Shown here piece after piece: positions 9,471 through 18,721 of a stretch of 64,000 bases of DNA. The position numbers were made by a program, and so were the translations under genes. The stretch is taken from contig JBEKVV010000001.1 in NCBI GenBank assembly GCA_049513715.1, forward strand, positions 288,001 through 352,000, read 5' to 3'. Numbering within the stretch: the first letter of the stretch is position 1; the number at the start of each line of letters is the position of its first letter. The notes beneath the pieces are model-generated. The model was given only the letters and a program-made list of their open reading frames with translations. It was not told the origin of the DNA and searched no databases. This DNA is from Candidatus Bathyarchaeia archaeon (GTDB taxonomy: Archaea > Thermoproteota > Bathyarchaeia > 40CM-2-53-6).

Positions 9471-10754
9471 ATGCGCCAATTCACAATAGCTTCAGTAAAT
9501 GCAAGGGAGATTCTGGACAGCAGGGGAAACCCAACGGTCGAGGTTGATGTGGTCACCCAAACCGGAGTTTTGGGACGCGCAGATGCCCCTGCCGGTCGAT
9601 CAAGAGGAACCTACGAAGCCGTCGAGATCAGGGACGGCGGCAGAAGATACGGTGGACTCGGCGTAAGGAAAGCTGTCGAAATTGTAAACCGCAAGCTGGC
9701 GCCTCTTCTGAGAGGTATGGATGCAAGAAGACAGAGAGATATCGACCGGAAAATGATAGAATTTGATGGTACAGAAAACAAGTCCAAACTTGGTGGAAAC
9801 GTTACAGTTGCAGCATCATGGGCGGTAGCAAAAGCAGCAGCAAACGCGCTTTCTGTTCCGATTTATCGACACATAGGTGGTCCTAACGCCCACATTCTGC
9901 CGGTTCCAATGTTCCTCTACATTTGCGGAGGAAAACTCGCTGCAACCGACTTCGACTTTCAAGAGTTCAACGTCATGCCAGTTGGATCAAAGAGTTTCTC
10001 TGAAGCACTGCAACTAGGCGCCGAAGTCTATCATACGCTGGGCAAAATGCTCGCGAAGAAGTATGGAAAACACTCCTTGAACACTGGCGATGAAGGGACC
10101 TACGCTCCACCGGGACCAAACGACCCACACGATGCCTACGATATGATTTTGAAGGCAATCGAAGAAGAAGGGTATGGAAAGAAATTCATACTGGCATTGG
10201 ACGCAGCCGCAACTCACCTGTACGACCCCAGAACGAAGAGGTACAAGTACATGGGAAAGAAAATCACACGCGAGACGCTGATGGACGTTTACGAAGATCT
10301 TGTAAAGACATACCCACTCGCCTCCATCGAGGACCCGTTTCAAGAGGACGACTTCGAAGCATTCGCCGAGATTAGGAAGAAACTTGACATCCAAATAGTA
10401 GGAGATGACTTCCTCGTTTCAAGCACTAAACGCCTAAAGAAGGCGGTCAAAATGGGCGCCGCAAATTGCGTGCTTCTCAAGGTTAATCAAATCGGAACTC
10501 TCACCGAAGCTTTGGAAACAGCCGAATGCGCTAACGAGAATAGCTACGGTGTACTAGTTTCAGAACGGTCGGCTCAAACGGAGGATACTTGGCTCGCAGA
10601 CCTGACGGTTGGAATCGACGCTGGCCAGATAAAAAACGGCGCACCCGCCAGAAGCGAAAGGGTCGCTCAATTCAATCAGCTCCTTCGAATCGAGGAAGAG
10701 TTAGGAAGATCCGCAAAGTATGCTGGCCGCAACTTCCGAACGCCCCTACAGTGA
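9471..10754 (+). CDS. eno: Enolase (phosphopyruvate hydratase) family protein with active-site substitutions
   Basis: REILDSRGNPTVEV, QEF, GDEG, IEDPF, VGDD, LLKVNQIGT, QIKNGAPARSER. Confidence 0.88.
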   Translation: MRQFTIASVNAREILDSRGNPTVEVDVVTQTGVLGRADAPAGRSRGTYEAVEIRDGGRRYGGLGVRKAVEIVNRKLAPLLRGMDARRQRDIDRKMIEFDGTENKSKLGGNVTVAASWAVAKAAANALSVPIYRHIGGPNAHILPVPMFLYICGGKLAATDFDFQEFNVMPVGSKSFSEALQLGAEVYHTLGKMLAKKYGKHSLNTGDEGTYAPPGPNDPHDAYDMILKAIEEEGYGKKFILALDAAATHLYDPRTKRYKYMGKKITRETLMDVYEDLVKTYPLASIEDPFQEDDFEAFAEIRKKLDIQIVGDDFLVSSTKRLKKAVKMGAANCVLLKVNQIGTLTEALETAECANENSYGVLVSERSAQTEDTWLADLTVGIDAGQIKNGAPARSERVAQFNQLLRIEEELGRSAKYAGRNFRTPLQ

Positions 10755-10871
10755 TGCTTCCTCATACAGTTGACACCACCTACACCGTGACCTCGACATG
10801 TTCCTGATTCGATGCTTGTTGACGGCCTTGAATTGGACAAGTCGCTTGAATGCGCGCGGGCTCTGTTGGAC

Positions 10872-12143
10872 ATGAATCAAATGGTGACACTTCCCTACGG
10901 TCAACAGCACCTCACTCTAAGGACACGAAACGCGAAACTCTTTAGACCGAAGAGTCCGCGGCCAGTTGGGAACCCGAGAAAGTATGCTCAACGTAAGATC
11001 TCAACTTACTTCAAAGAGAACCGCGGTTCCTTCCTCCAGTTCAAAGGGAAGAAAGCCTGCCTCGTTGTCAGCGATAATACGCGTTTTGCATTGAATCACA
11101 TCACCGTACCGCTGTTGCTTAAGGAACTTGAGAGCGTGGAGATCGCAACAAGGGATATCCTGATTCTGGTCGCAACAGGTCTTCACGCGCCAATGAGCCG
11201 GAGTGAATTGATCGAGAATCTCGGAGAGCAAATCGTCGTGAACTTTAACATCAAGAACCATGATGCGAATGCAGGACTGGTTTCTGTTGGAAAAACTTCG
11301 CGAGGAACTCCACTGTTGCTCAACAGACACTTCATGGAATCTGATCTGAAAATCGCCACAGGTCTAGTTGCGCCACACTTTCACGCAGGGTTCGGTGGAG
11401 GGTACAAGAGCATCGTTCCAGGAATCGCGGGTGAACTCACCATTCTGAGGAATCACAGCTTCAACATGCTGGAACACGACAACGCTAGGTACGGATGCAT
11501 GGACGGAAACCCCGTCTACGAGGATATTGTAGAAGCGGGACAAAAAAGCGGACTACATTTCATCGTCAACATCACTGTGGATCCGGAAATGAGGTTGACG
11601 CACCTGTTCATTGGAGAGCCACGAGTAACTCATAGGAAAGCGGCTGAAACGGTTGCTAAGGACATGGAGGTGAAGTTCCACGGACTCTTTGATGTCGTTG
11701 TGACCACGAATGGGGGGTATCCACTCGACAGGAACCTGTATCAGTGTGTTAAGGGCTTGGCTGTCGCAGAACGAATGACCAAACATGGCGGGACAATTAT
11801 ACTTGCGAGTGAGTGTAGGGATGGCGTAGGACACGTAACCTTTCAAAAATACATGGCCTTCGGAAAGGATCCCAATGAGGTTCTACAAAGACTCAAGGCC
11901 GACGAGCCCGTTCCAGATCAAGACAACATCCAGATACTAGCAAGAATTCTAACAAAGGCAAGAGTCATAGTCGTCACTAGGGGAGTTGACGCCACAACCA
12001 TCAGAGCAATGAAAATGGAGCACGCCGAATCCATTGACCAGGGGCTACGGTCATGCGGCCAGTCTGCGAGCGAGAGGCGAAGCGTTGCAATCGTGCCTGG
12101 AGGACCGTATGTTTTTCCAATCGAACCCGGCCCAACCTTCTGA
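10872..12143 (+). CDS. larA: LarA-family nickel-pincer-dependent 2-hydroxyacid racemase/epimerase
   Basis: SDNTR, ATGLH, PHFHAGFGGGYKSIVPG, NHS, GGYPLDRNLYQCVKG. Confidence 0.9.
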   Translation: MNQMVTLPYGQQHLTLRTRNAKLFRPKSPRPVGNPRKYAQRKISTYFKENRGSFLQFKGKKACLVVSDNTRFALNHITVPLLLKELESVEIATRDILILVATGLHAPMSRSELIENLGEQIVVNFNIKNHDANAGLVSVGKTSRGTPLLLNRHFMESDLKIATGLVAPHFHAGFGGGYKSIVPGIAGELTILRNHSFNMLEHDNARYGCMDGNPVYEDIVEAGQKSGLHFIVNITVDPEMRLTHLFIGEPRVTHRKAAETVAKDMEVKFHGLFDVVVTTNGGYPLDRNLYQCVKGLAVAERMTKHGGTIILASECRDGVGHVTFQKYMAFGKDPNEVLQRLKADEPVPDQDNIQILARILTKARVIVVTRGVDATTIRAMKMEHAESIDQGLRSCGQSASERRSVAIVPGGPYVFPIEPGPTF

Positions 12144-12304
12144 ACAAATGGCTGAGCTTACCACACACGAGAAAACACGCTAACGTTTCGCAATGCTAGC
12201 TGGATACTTCACGGTTATGATAGAAATCGTACATTACATGGAGCCGGAAAGTAAGGAAGAGTCCGTTCACAGCTCAAGTTCAGTTTTCATTCGGCCTAAA
12301 ACCG

Positions 12305-12329
12305 GCTCAAAACCAGCTGAAAACCTGCT
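12305..12329 (-). repeat. Right subterminal inverted repeat with ~11-bp tandem AGCNGGTTTT units
   Basis: Minus strand reads AGCAGGTTTTC-AGCTGGTTTTG-AGCCGGTTTTA (extends to ~12297). Confidence 0.6.
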
Positions 12330-12431
12330 AGGTCGACAGTTCTAAACGACGGTGTAAAGCTATCCCGAGGCTCCATAATACTGGTTCAAATCCTTGCATT
12401 TTTCTACTGGGCAACCAGCCTTGAGAAATAA

Positions 12432-12776
12432 GCTGGACATATACGACTGGCAACGACTGACGATATCAAGAAGCTTGTAGCCGACCTTAACGATTCAAAA
12501 TATGCTGACTGGACTAAGAACGACTTCCGGATCGCTCTGAAACGGTTTTATCGGTGGCTTCGAGGTTTTCAATCAGAGCAAGACCCACCGGAGACCGCCT
12601 GGCTTCGTGTACGCGCAAGCAAGAAGACGATATTGCCAGAGGAACTGCTCTCCCAGGATGACGTTTCAAAGCTTCTTCGAGCATGTGAAAACTCTAGGGA
12701 TAGGGCATTTGTTCTGACTCTTTACGAACTTGGCGGGAGAATCGGCGAGATTCTATCGCTACGGCGAAAGATCTGA
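12432..12776 (+). pseudogene. Tyrosine recombinase/integrase fragment (not in ORF track)
   Basis: Start-less open frame ...WTKNDFRIALKRFYRWL...LPEELLSQDDVSKLLRACENSRDRAFVLTLYELGGRIGEILSLRRKI*; contains the box I Arg and lacks the HxxR/Tyr half. Confidence 0.85.
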
Positions 12777-12802
12777 TTGAGGAGAGTATCAAGATCTACA
12801 GT

Positions 12803-14014
12803 GTGGTTCAGGAGGCGGAGATCGGAAACGCATTGAGTTTTATTCAGTTTGGGGGCGAACCCCATCTTAGATGCTCCACTTGCGCTCAGACTTTCGGGCC
12901 ATACTCTCCTGGAACATACATATCCGGCGGATTCAGCGACCTTTCCGCAGCCTACACCAACGGAGCGGACCCCGCGCCGTTGCTTAAGGGACTGAAAGTT
13001 GAATTGGAGAGGTTTAGCCCATTGGTAGAGAGCTATCCATTCTTTACGAACGCTTGTTACTGGGTGCTGAAAATCATTGATTCGGCGACATTCTTCATAG
13101 ACGGAGAGCTTGCCGCTAACCACATTTCCGTAACGACTATCATTGGCAGGTCACCCGTCAACATAATTGTGATGGATCCGCTGCGAAGGATTATCGGCGG
13201 CAACCCTGCCAGTAGTAACTCCTCGGCGAACCAGATCCCTGATTCCAACTATGGTGGCCCGAATGTTGAACCGCAGGAAATCGTCATATTCAACCCTCTT
13301 AACGGTAGCTACCAAGTCAGACTGGTCGGAACAGCTAACGGGTCCTTCAATATCTCGCTAGCACTCGTAACAGAGGATTCCCTTCTCAACCAAAGCTACT
13401 CAGGAACTACTGTGAAAGATGAAACACATCTCCTCTCGCAGACGATTGCATCTGGAAGATTACAATCCACCGCGCCAATCACTGTGAACCCTTCGGTCCT
13501 CATACCTCTAGGAGCGGGGTGGAACCTAATTTCGTTGTATCTGGTGCCCGACACCGTGGATGTGTCAAAGATTCTTGCACCACTCATAGCAAAGAATGAA
13601 ATCGGAGCGGTGTGGGGGTACACGGGTCTTCCGAGGAGCTGGAAGTTTCTCATTCCCGGCAAAACGGGCACGTTGACCAGCATGGTGGATGGGTATGGTT
13701 ACTGGGTTTACATGCTGAAAGCCGACACCCTGTACCTGAACGGAACAGTGATTCTGCATGCCGCAACTCCGCCAAGTTATGTCCTAGCGGCTGGGTGGAA
13801 TCTGGTTGGGTTCAAACCTCAGCCTACGGTACAGAACGAGACCGTCACACAATATCTAACGAGCATCTCTGGAAGCTACGATCAGAATAATGTGTGGATC
13901 TACGACAACACCAGCGGTGCATGGATTCGGGCCACAAGCACAACGATGTTCACACCCGGAGAAGCCATGTGGATACTCGTAACATCACCCTCAGGCGCAA
14001 CACTTAGACCATGA
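12803..14014 (+). CDS. Surface/secreted-type protein, probably 5'-truncated, with C-terminal GWNL repeats
   Basis: Repeated GWNLIS / GWNLVGF and GYGYWV / GEAMWI motifs; no signal peptide; frame abuts the integrase fragment. Confidence 0.6.
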   Translation: MVQEAEIGNALSFIQFGGEPHLRCSTCAQTFGPYSPGTYISGGFSDLSAAYTNGADPAPLLKGLKVELERFSPLVESYPFFTNACYWVLKIIDSATFFIDGELAANHISVTTIIGRSPVNIIVMDPLRRIIGGNPASSNSSANQIPDSNYGGPNVEPQEIVIFNPLNGSYQVRLVGTANGSFNISLALVTEDSLLNQSYSGTTVKDETHLLSQTIASGRLQSTAPITVNPSVLIPLGAGWNLISLYLVPDTVDVSKILAPLIAKNEIGAVWGYTGLPRSWKFLIPGKTGTLTSMVDGYGYWVYMLKADTLYLNGTVILHAATPPSYVLAAGWNLVGFKPQPTVQNETVTQYLTSISGSYDQNNVWIYDNTSGAWIRATSTTMFTPGEAMWILVTSPSGATLRP

Positions 14015-14181
14015 ATCAGCTGTATCGGTTTAAGCACAGCATGGATTTTGAATTGAATACAGGGGGATTACTTGCCACGCTAAAGTCAGAGGATAACCTC
14101 TTAGCCCCTAAGCGTCTGTCCTCTTAGGGCATCGGGATTTCTCAAGTTGAGCGCAAGCAGCGAATTCTCCGACAGCCATAA

Positions 14182-14222
14182 AATCGGTGATTTCTGACCT
14201 TTTTTCAGCTCTTCTTGAGCTG
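14182..14222 (+). repeat. Third, direct copy of the island-end repeat
   Basis: About 32/42 identity to 3303-3344 by manual alignment. Confidence 0.5.
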
Positions 14223-14412
14223 TACGGCTGCTTTATCGCGCTTGTCTTTCGCGTATGTTTTCCATTTATCACTGAGGTGGGCGGAGGGCAGTGCCCGTTG
14301 CCGAGGAAGAAGCGCACATTCTGTTGTTCGAGCCTGCATCCACGCTGAATACCGGTAGTGTGCGGGACGAGCGGACCATAGAAAATGTCGACAGAATCTG
14401 AGTGTTACTGCG

Positions 14413-14898
14413 TCAAACCAGATTCTTTACGAGATCCCAACCATCTCTTAGCCAAGGAGTTACGGATCTGGAAACTAGTAATTCGCTAATCTTGTCTTTC
14501 GATAGAAATTCAAAACCTGCGGATTCCTTGTCATCAATCTTCACAGGCTCATTGCTCACACAGGTGAAGGCAGTAACAGCCTGGTGTTCTGGTGGGTCAT
14601 GGTGTATGAATTTCCCAACAAGTTGAAGAGCTGCCGTACTTCCGACCTCTTCCAGCAATTCTCGCTCTGCAGCTTGTTCGTAGGTCTCTCCGTAGATAAC
14701 GTGAAACGCGCAGGAACTATCGTAACGGTTGGGGAAAATTCGCTTCGAGGGGCTTCGGTGCTGAATCAGTATCATTCCATCAGAACGCTTTAGGAAAATA
14801 ATCCCTGACCGGTGCAGGACGCCTTCGGAATGGGCATATTTTCTTTCCACAGAGCCGACTACAGAGTCGTCTTCGCGGACGTGATAAAGCAGCTCCAA
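14413..14898 (-). CDS. NUDIX hydrolase (IDI type 1-like subgroup)
   Basis: GETYEQAAERELLEEVG Nudix box; HSEGVLHRS. Confidence 0.88.
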   Translation of the reverse strand: MELLYHVREDDSVVGSVERKYAHSEGVLHRSGIIFLKRSDGMILIQHRSPSKRIFPNRYDSSCAFHVIYGETYEQAAERELLEEVGSTAALQLVGKFIHHDPPEHQAVTAFTCVSNEPVKIDDKESAGFEFLSKDKISELLVSRSVTPWLRDGWDLVKNLV

Positions 14899-14912
14899 AT
14901 TCCCTAAACCCT

Positions 14913-16565
14913 TCAGAAAATTCTCTTTCTGGCGAGCACTATGAAGATCACAGCTACGATCGCGATCACCGCTACGGCTCTTTGCGTTTCCTGTGTGAAT
15001 GCTTGAGTTTCGTCTTGGGCGGTGAGGGGCTCGCCGGTTATCGGATTTAGCAGGTTTTCAACGGGGGCGTAGTTGTCGGTGAGTATTGGTGCGTTATTAG
15101 CGCTTGGAGTGGTGTAGTTGCTTACGTCTTCTTCGAGCGATGAGATTCTTGGGCTGGTTGTAGTGTCGGCTAATTGTTGAAAGTTGTTTTCCGTCAATGT
15201 TTTGGGTTGTAAGGTTGCCACTATTATCACGTTCTGTGGGTTCCCATAGCCAGCTCCCATTACAGGAAAGATGTAGATGTTGGGGAACGTGAGGTGCATA
15301 GTGTTTGTTTCGGCGTAAAGCAGTTTCGAATTGTCCCCGCTTGTTGCAGCGATCAGGTTTGAGATTACTGTGCCGTTTGTTGTTAGGTGATTAACTAGGA
15401 GTTTGAAGAACTCGTTTGTCATCAAGTGAAATGGAACGTAAGTTTTTGAGTAGGCGTCGAGCACTATCAGGTCGTACTTCCGCTGCGTCGATTGCAGGAA
15501 GATACGGCCGTCGTCGTTGAATACGTGCAGCCGTGGGGTGTTTGGGTCTACGAAGAAGTATTGTTCAGCGACGTGAATCACCTCAGGGTCGATTTCCACG
15601 ACGTCCACTGTGACGTTCGGGTAGTCTTTCAGGAAAGCTTTCGGCCCCGTAAAGCCCCCGCCGCCGATGAAGAGGACTCTTGTTATGTTCGGGTTGAGCA
15701 GAAATCCCAAATGGAAATAGTCAGTGTAAGGGTAAACGGTCCTATCGGGGTTCTTGAGGTCCATAGCGCTGTGGAAATTGTCGTCTAGGACTAGGATGCG
15801 AATGTAAGAGGCGTGAGCTGGATCGTACGAGTCTGCCACGATTAGATGGTGGTATGGCGTGTCCGTCTCGTAGATTGTGTCGCCTAACGCCAACGTGTAG
15901 GCGGCTACGGTCAAGCGTTGACTGACGAGATATGGGGCTGCAAAAGGCATGATGATGAGGATGAGAAGAACGAAGGCTTTCATCCGGAAGCCCAGTCCAA
16001 GAAATGCAACTACCAGCAGCGTGATTCCCAATGCGAAGATAATCTTGTTCACGCCGAATGCAGGAATTAGTACGAAGACTGTGATGAATGTGCCAGCGAT
16101 GCTGCCTAAGGTCGAGAGCGCGTATAGGTTTCCTGAGGCCTTGCCCAGCTTCTCGAAGCTTTCGGTTGCCAATCGTATTGCATAGGGCGATACCATTCCT
16201 AGGAGTATGCTTGGCGGCCCGAGTAGGATGGTGGTTGCGATTAGGGGCGAGTATCGTTCTCCTAGATTGAGGGCTATCACAGAATTGAAAATTGGGGGTG
16301 CCAGAGCCGGCAACGCTAGGGCAAGGAGCCCCGCAGCGAAGATTATGGTTGATAGAATGTGGAGTTGTGGTAACCGGTCGGCCAGCTGTCCGCCAAGATA
16401 GTAACCTGCGCTCAGCGCGGCCAACACCACGCCAATGAGACTCCCCCAAACGAAAATCGAGTTACCGAACACTGGTGCCAGCAACCGGCTGCCCAACAGT
16501 TCAAGCGCCATAACCACGGCGCCAGAGACGAAGACTGAGAGCAAGAGGCGTAGTTGTTGGGGCAT
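14913..16565 (-). CDS. Fused membrane domain / spermidine synthase-like protein
   Basis: N-terminal TMs (GAVVMALELLGSRLLAPVFG); IGGGG, VEIDPEV, DGR, LDAY. Confidence 0.88.
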   Translation of the reverse strand: MPQQLRLLLSVFVSGAVVMALELLGSRLLAPVFGNSIFVWGSLIGVVLAALSAGYYLGGQLADRLPQLHILSTIIFAAGLLALALPALAPPIFNSVIALNLGERYSPLIATTILLGPPSILLGMVSPYAIRLATESFEKLGKASGNLYALSTLGSIAGTFITVFVLIPAFGVNKIIFALGITLLVVAFLGLGFRMKAFVLLILIIMPFAAPYLVSQRLTVAAYTLALGDTIYETDTPYHHLIVADSYDPAHASYIRILVLDDNFHSAMDLKNPDRTVYPYTDYFHLGFLLNPNITRVLFIGGGGFTGPKAFLKDYPNVTVDVVEIDPEVIHVAEQYFFVDPNTPRLHVFNDDGRIFLQSTQRKYDLIVLDAYSKTYVPFHLMTNEFFKLLVNHLTTNGTVISNLIAATSGDNSKLLYAETNTMHLTFPNIYIFPVMGAGYGNPQNVIIVATLQPKTLTENNFQQLADTTTSPRISSLEEDVSNYTTPSANNAPILTDNYAPVENLLNPITGEPLTAQDETQAFTQETQRAVAVIAIVAVIFIVLARKRIF

Positions 16566-16621
16566 GGTTCACTCATCGCAGGCATGTCTAGGTAATAAAC
16601 GCTGAAGAATTCGGTTGGGTG

Positions 16622-17161
16622 TCAGGTGTTCTTCTTCTCAGTTTCTTTGTAGAGGTTCATCGCGTCTCTAGTGATTTTTCTGGCTTCCTCGGCGTTTGCC
16701 CACTTCTTGAACTTGACCCATTTGCTCGGTTCCAACCGCTTGTAGTACTCGAAGAAATCCTGAATTTCCCGGAGTTTGTTCTGGTGTACATCTGGCAGGT
16801 CCTTGTGGCCTTCGAACCTTGGGTCACCTAACGGTGCGCACAGAATCTTCGTATCGTCCCCCTTCTCGTCCTCCATAACTAAGGCACCTATCGTTCTGGC
16901 CTTAACGACGCACCCTACTCGCAGGGGTTCGTACCCCAGTACCAGTGCGTCCAATGGGTCGCCGTCGTTGGACCAAGTCTGTGGTATGAAACCGTAGTCA
17001 GCAGGGAAGACAATTGATGAGTGTAACACCCTGTCCAATGTGAGAACCTCCCACTCCGGGTTGTACTCGTACTTGTCCCTGGAACCGCTGGCAACCTCGA
17101 TGACAACGTTTATCGTGTCCGGGGGATTGTCGTCCGGAGGTATTTTCCGTAATAGGTTCAT
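16622..17161 (-). CDS. ppa: Inorganic pyrophosphatase
   Basis: KYEY, YGFIPQT, DGDPLD, FFEYYKRLE. Confidence 0.96.
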   Translation of the reverse strand: MNLLRKIPPDDNPPDTINVVIEVASGSRDKYEYNPEWEVLTLDRVLHSSIVFPADYGFIPQTWSNDGDPLDALVLGYEPLRVGCVVKARTIGALVMEDEKGDDTKILCAPLGDPRFEGHKDLPDVHQNKLREIQDFFEYYKRLEPSKWVKFKKWANAEEARKITRDAMNLYKETEKKNT

Positions 17162-17270
17162 CGTAAACCGCCGCCAGTGTGGAAGCGACTACTTGATTCA
17201 GTGGAGGTAGTTAATCAGTTAGATTAGTCCTAAAAGGACTATGAGTATGCTTAGTACTTCAATTCACAGC

Positions 17271-18479
17271 TTACGACATCGGCTGCAGTTTCACCACTTT
17301 GACTTGTATGATTTCGTCCTTGCGTGCCGACATTCTGTCAAGAGTTCTCTGTGGTGGCGGCGTATCCAGTTGGATTTGGGCAACGGCTGCTTTGGAACCT
17401 TCGAAAATTATGTTGTGCACTTGGTGCACATTGGCCTTCGATTCTCTGAGGTCGTTTAGAATCCGCGTCAACACACCCATCTTGTCGTAGTGCCGCACGA
17501 TTAGCTCGTATTCTGCAGGTGTTTCTTTGGCGAAGTTGACGCAATTTTCAACGTTCCCTGTCTCCGCATAAGTTTCAATGATCCGAACCGTTTCATCTGC
17601 TGTGGCGACTTGTGCTTGGGCAGTTGAGGCCCCCACATGGTGAGTGCCCACCCAATTCGGCACGCCGTTAAGGACAGTGAAGTTACCACTCCCTTGCGCG
17701 GGCTCATTTTCATAGACATCAAGACCCGCGCGAACTCGCCCCGCCTTGAGCGCGTCAGCCAAGGCAGCGTTGTCGATGACTGCGCCGCGTGAAGTGTTGA
17801 GTACGATTGCGCCGGGTTTGAGCTTAGCAATGCGTTCAGCTGAGATGAGATGTTTGGTTTCGTCTGTGAACACTACATGAACCGAAACAATATCGCATGT
17901 GCCAAGGAGGTCGTCGATAGTTCTCGCTCTGGATACCCCCAGCTGTTTCGCCTTTTCGTCCGTAAGTGTGCGTGACCATGCAACGACTGGCATGTCGAAA
18001 GCTTTGACTCGTTTGATGACCTCCCTACCGATTGCGCCCGTGCCTATGACCCCGAAGACTTTCCCCTTCAGACCGTCAGCTCTCGAAAAACCTGCTTTAT
18101 TCCAAATTTGCTTCTTCAGCTCCGCGTCCTGCTCTGGAATGCGTCGGTCAACTGCCAGCAATAGCCCCAAAGTGAGCTCGGCCACTGCCGCAGAATTCTT
18201 GTCGGGGCAGTTGGCCACGTAGACTCCTCGTCCCGAAGCGGCATCCATGTCGATGTTTTCGGTTCCCGCACCCGCTCTAACAATGAGCTCCAATGAATTA
18301 GCACTATCAATGCACTCAGTGCTAACTCTCGTACCCCTGACTATCAGAATGTTCACTCCGATCATTCGCATTGCTAAAGACTCTGCAGTTATGTCGGGTT
18401 CGTATTCGGCCGCATCAGCTATGCCTCGCAGCCTATCCACATGTGTGCCGGGAAGCTTGTCCGCAATCAGCAATTTCAT
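17271..18479 (-). CDS. serA: D-3-phosphoglycerate dehydrogenase-like protein with C-terminal ACT domain
   Basis: RAGAGTENID, GTGAIG, NTSRG, LDVYENEP, HVGAST, C-terminal ACT. Confidence 0.8.
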   Translation of the reverse strand: MKLLIADKLPGTHVDRLRGIADAAEYEPDITAESLAMRMIGVNILIVRGTRVSTECIDSANSLELIVRAGAGTENIDMDAASGRGVYVANCPDKNSAAVAELTLGLLLAVDRRIPEQDAELKKQIWNKAGFSRADGLKGKVFGVIGTGAIGREVIKRVKAFDMPVVAWSRTLTDEKAKQLGVSRARTIDDLLGTCDIVSVHVVFTDETKHLISAERIAKLKPGAIVLNTSRGAVIDNAALADALKAGRVRAGLDVYENEPAQGSGNFTVLNGVPNWVGTHHVGASTAQAQVATADETVRIIETYAETGNVENCVNFAKETPAEYELIVRHYDKMGVLTRILNDLRESKANVHQVHNIIFEGSKAAVAQIQLDTPPPQRTLDRMSARKDEIIQVKVVKLQPMS

Positions 18480-18721
18480 AATAGGATTTCAACCTGAAAT
18501 CGGCCACCATACTAAGATGCCTTTGACTAAAAAGCCAGCCGCGAAATTGAAAGCCTTGGATCTGCTCCTAGCGAGAGAGAACAATGTTTCACTAATCCGA
18601 CTGTTGAGCATCAAGCAAAGCACTCGGAGGCTTCGTAGGATCGCGAAGGATCCCAGGACCATTAGCCTATGCAATTTCTCGATCTCTTTCGGAATCGGAA
18701 TGATCAAACCAAACAGCTGAG

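Larger units (their letters stand above)
3281..12375. mobile_element. Putative genomic island integrated at the tRNA-Thr 3' end
   Basis: CCCGAGGCTCCA at 3281-3292 (tRNA 3' end) is repeated at 12364-12375; imperfect inverted repeats at 3318-3342 and 12305-12329; integrase remnant at 12432. Confidence 0.7.

Noticed and set aside
12774..12776. Selenocysteine readthrough of the integrase TGA
   Set aside because: The downstream sequence is not integrase-like and the next ORF is in a different frame
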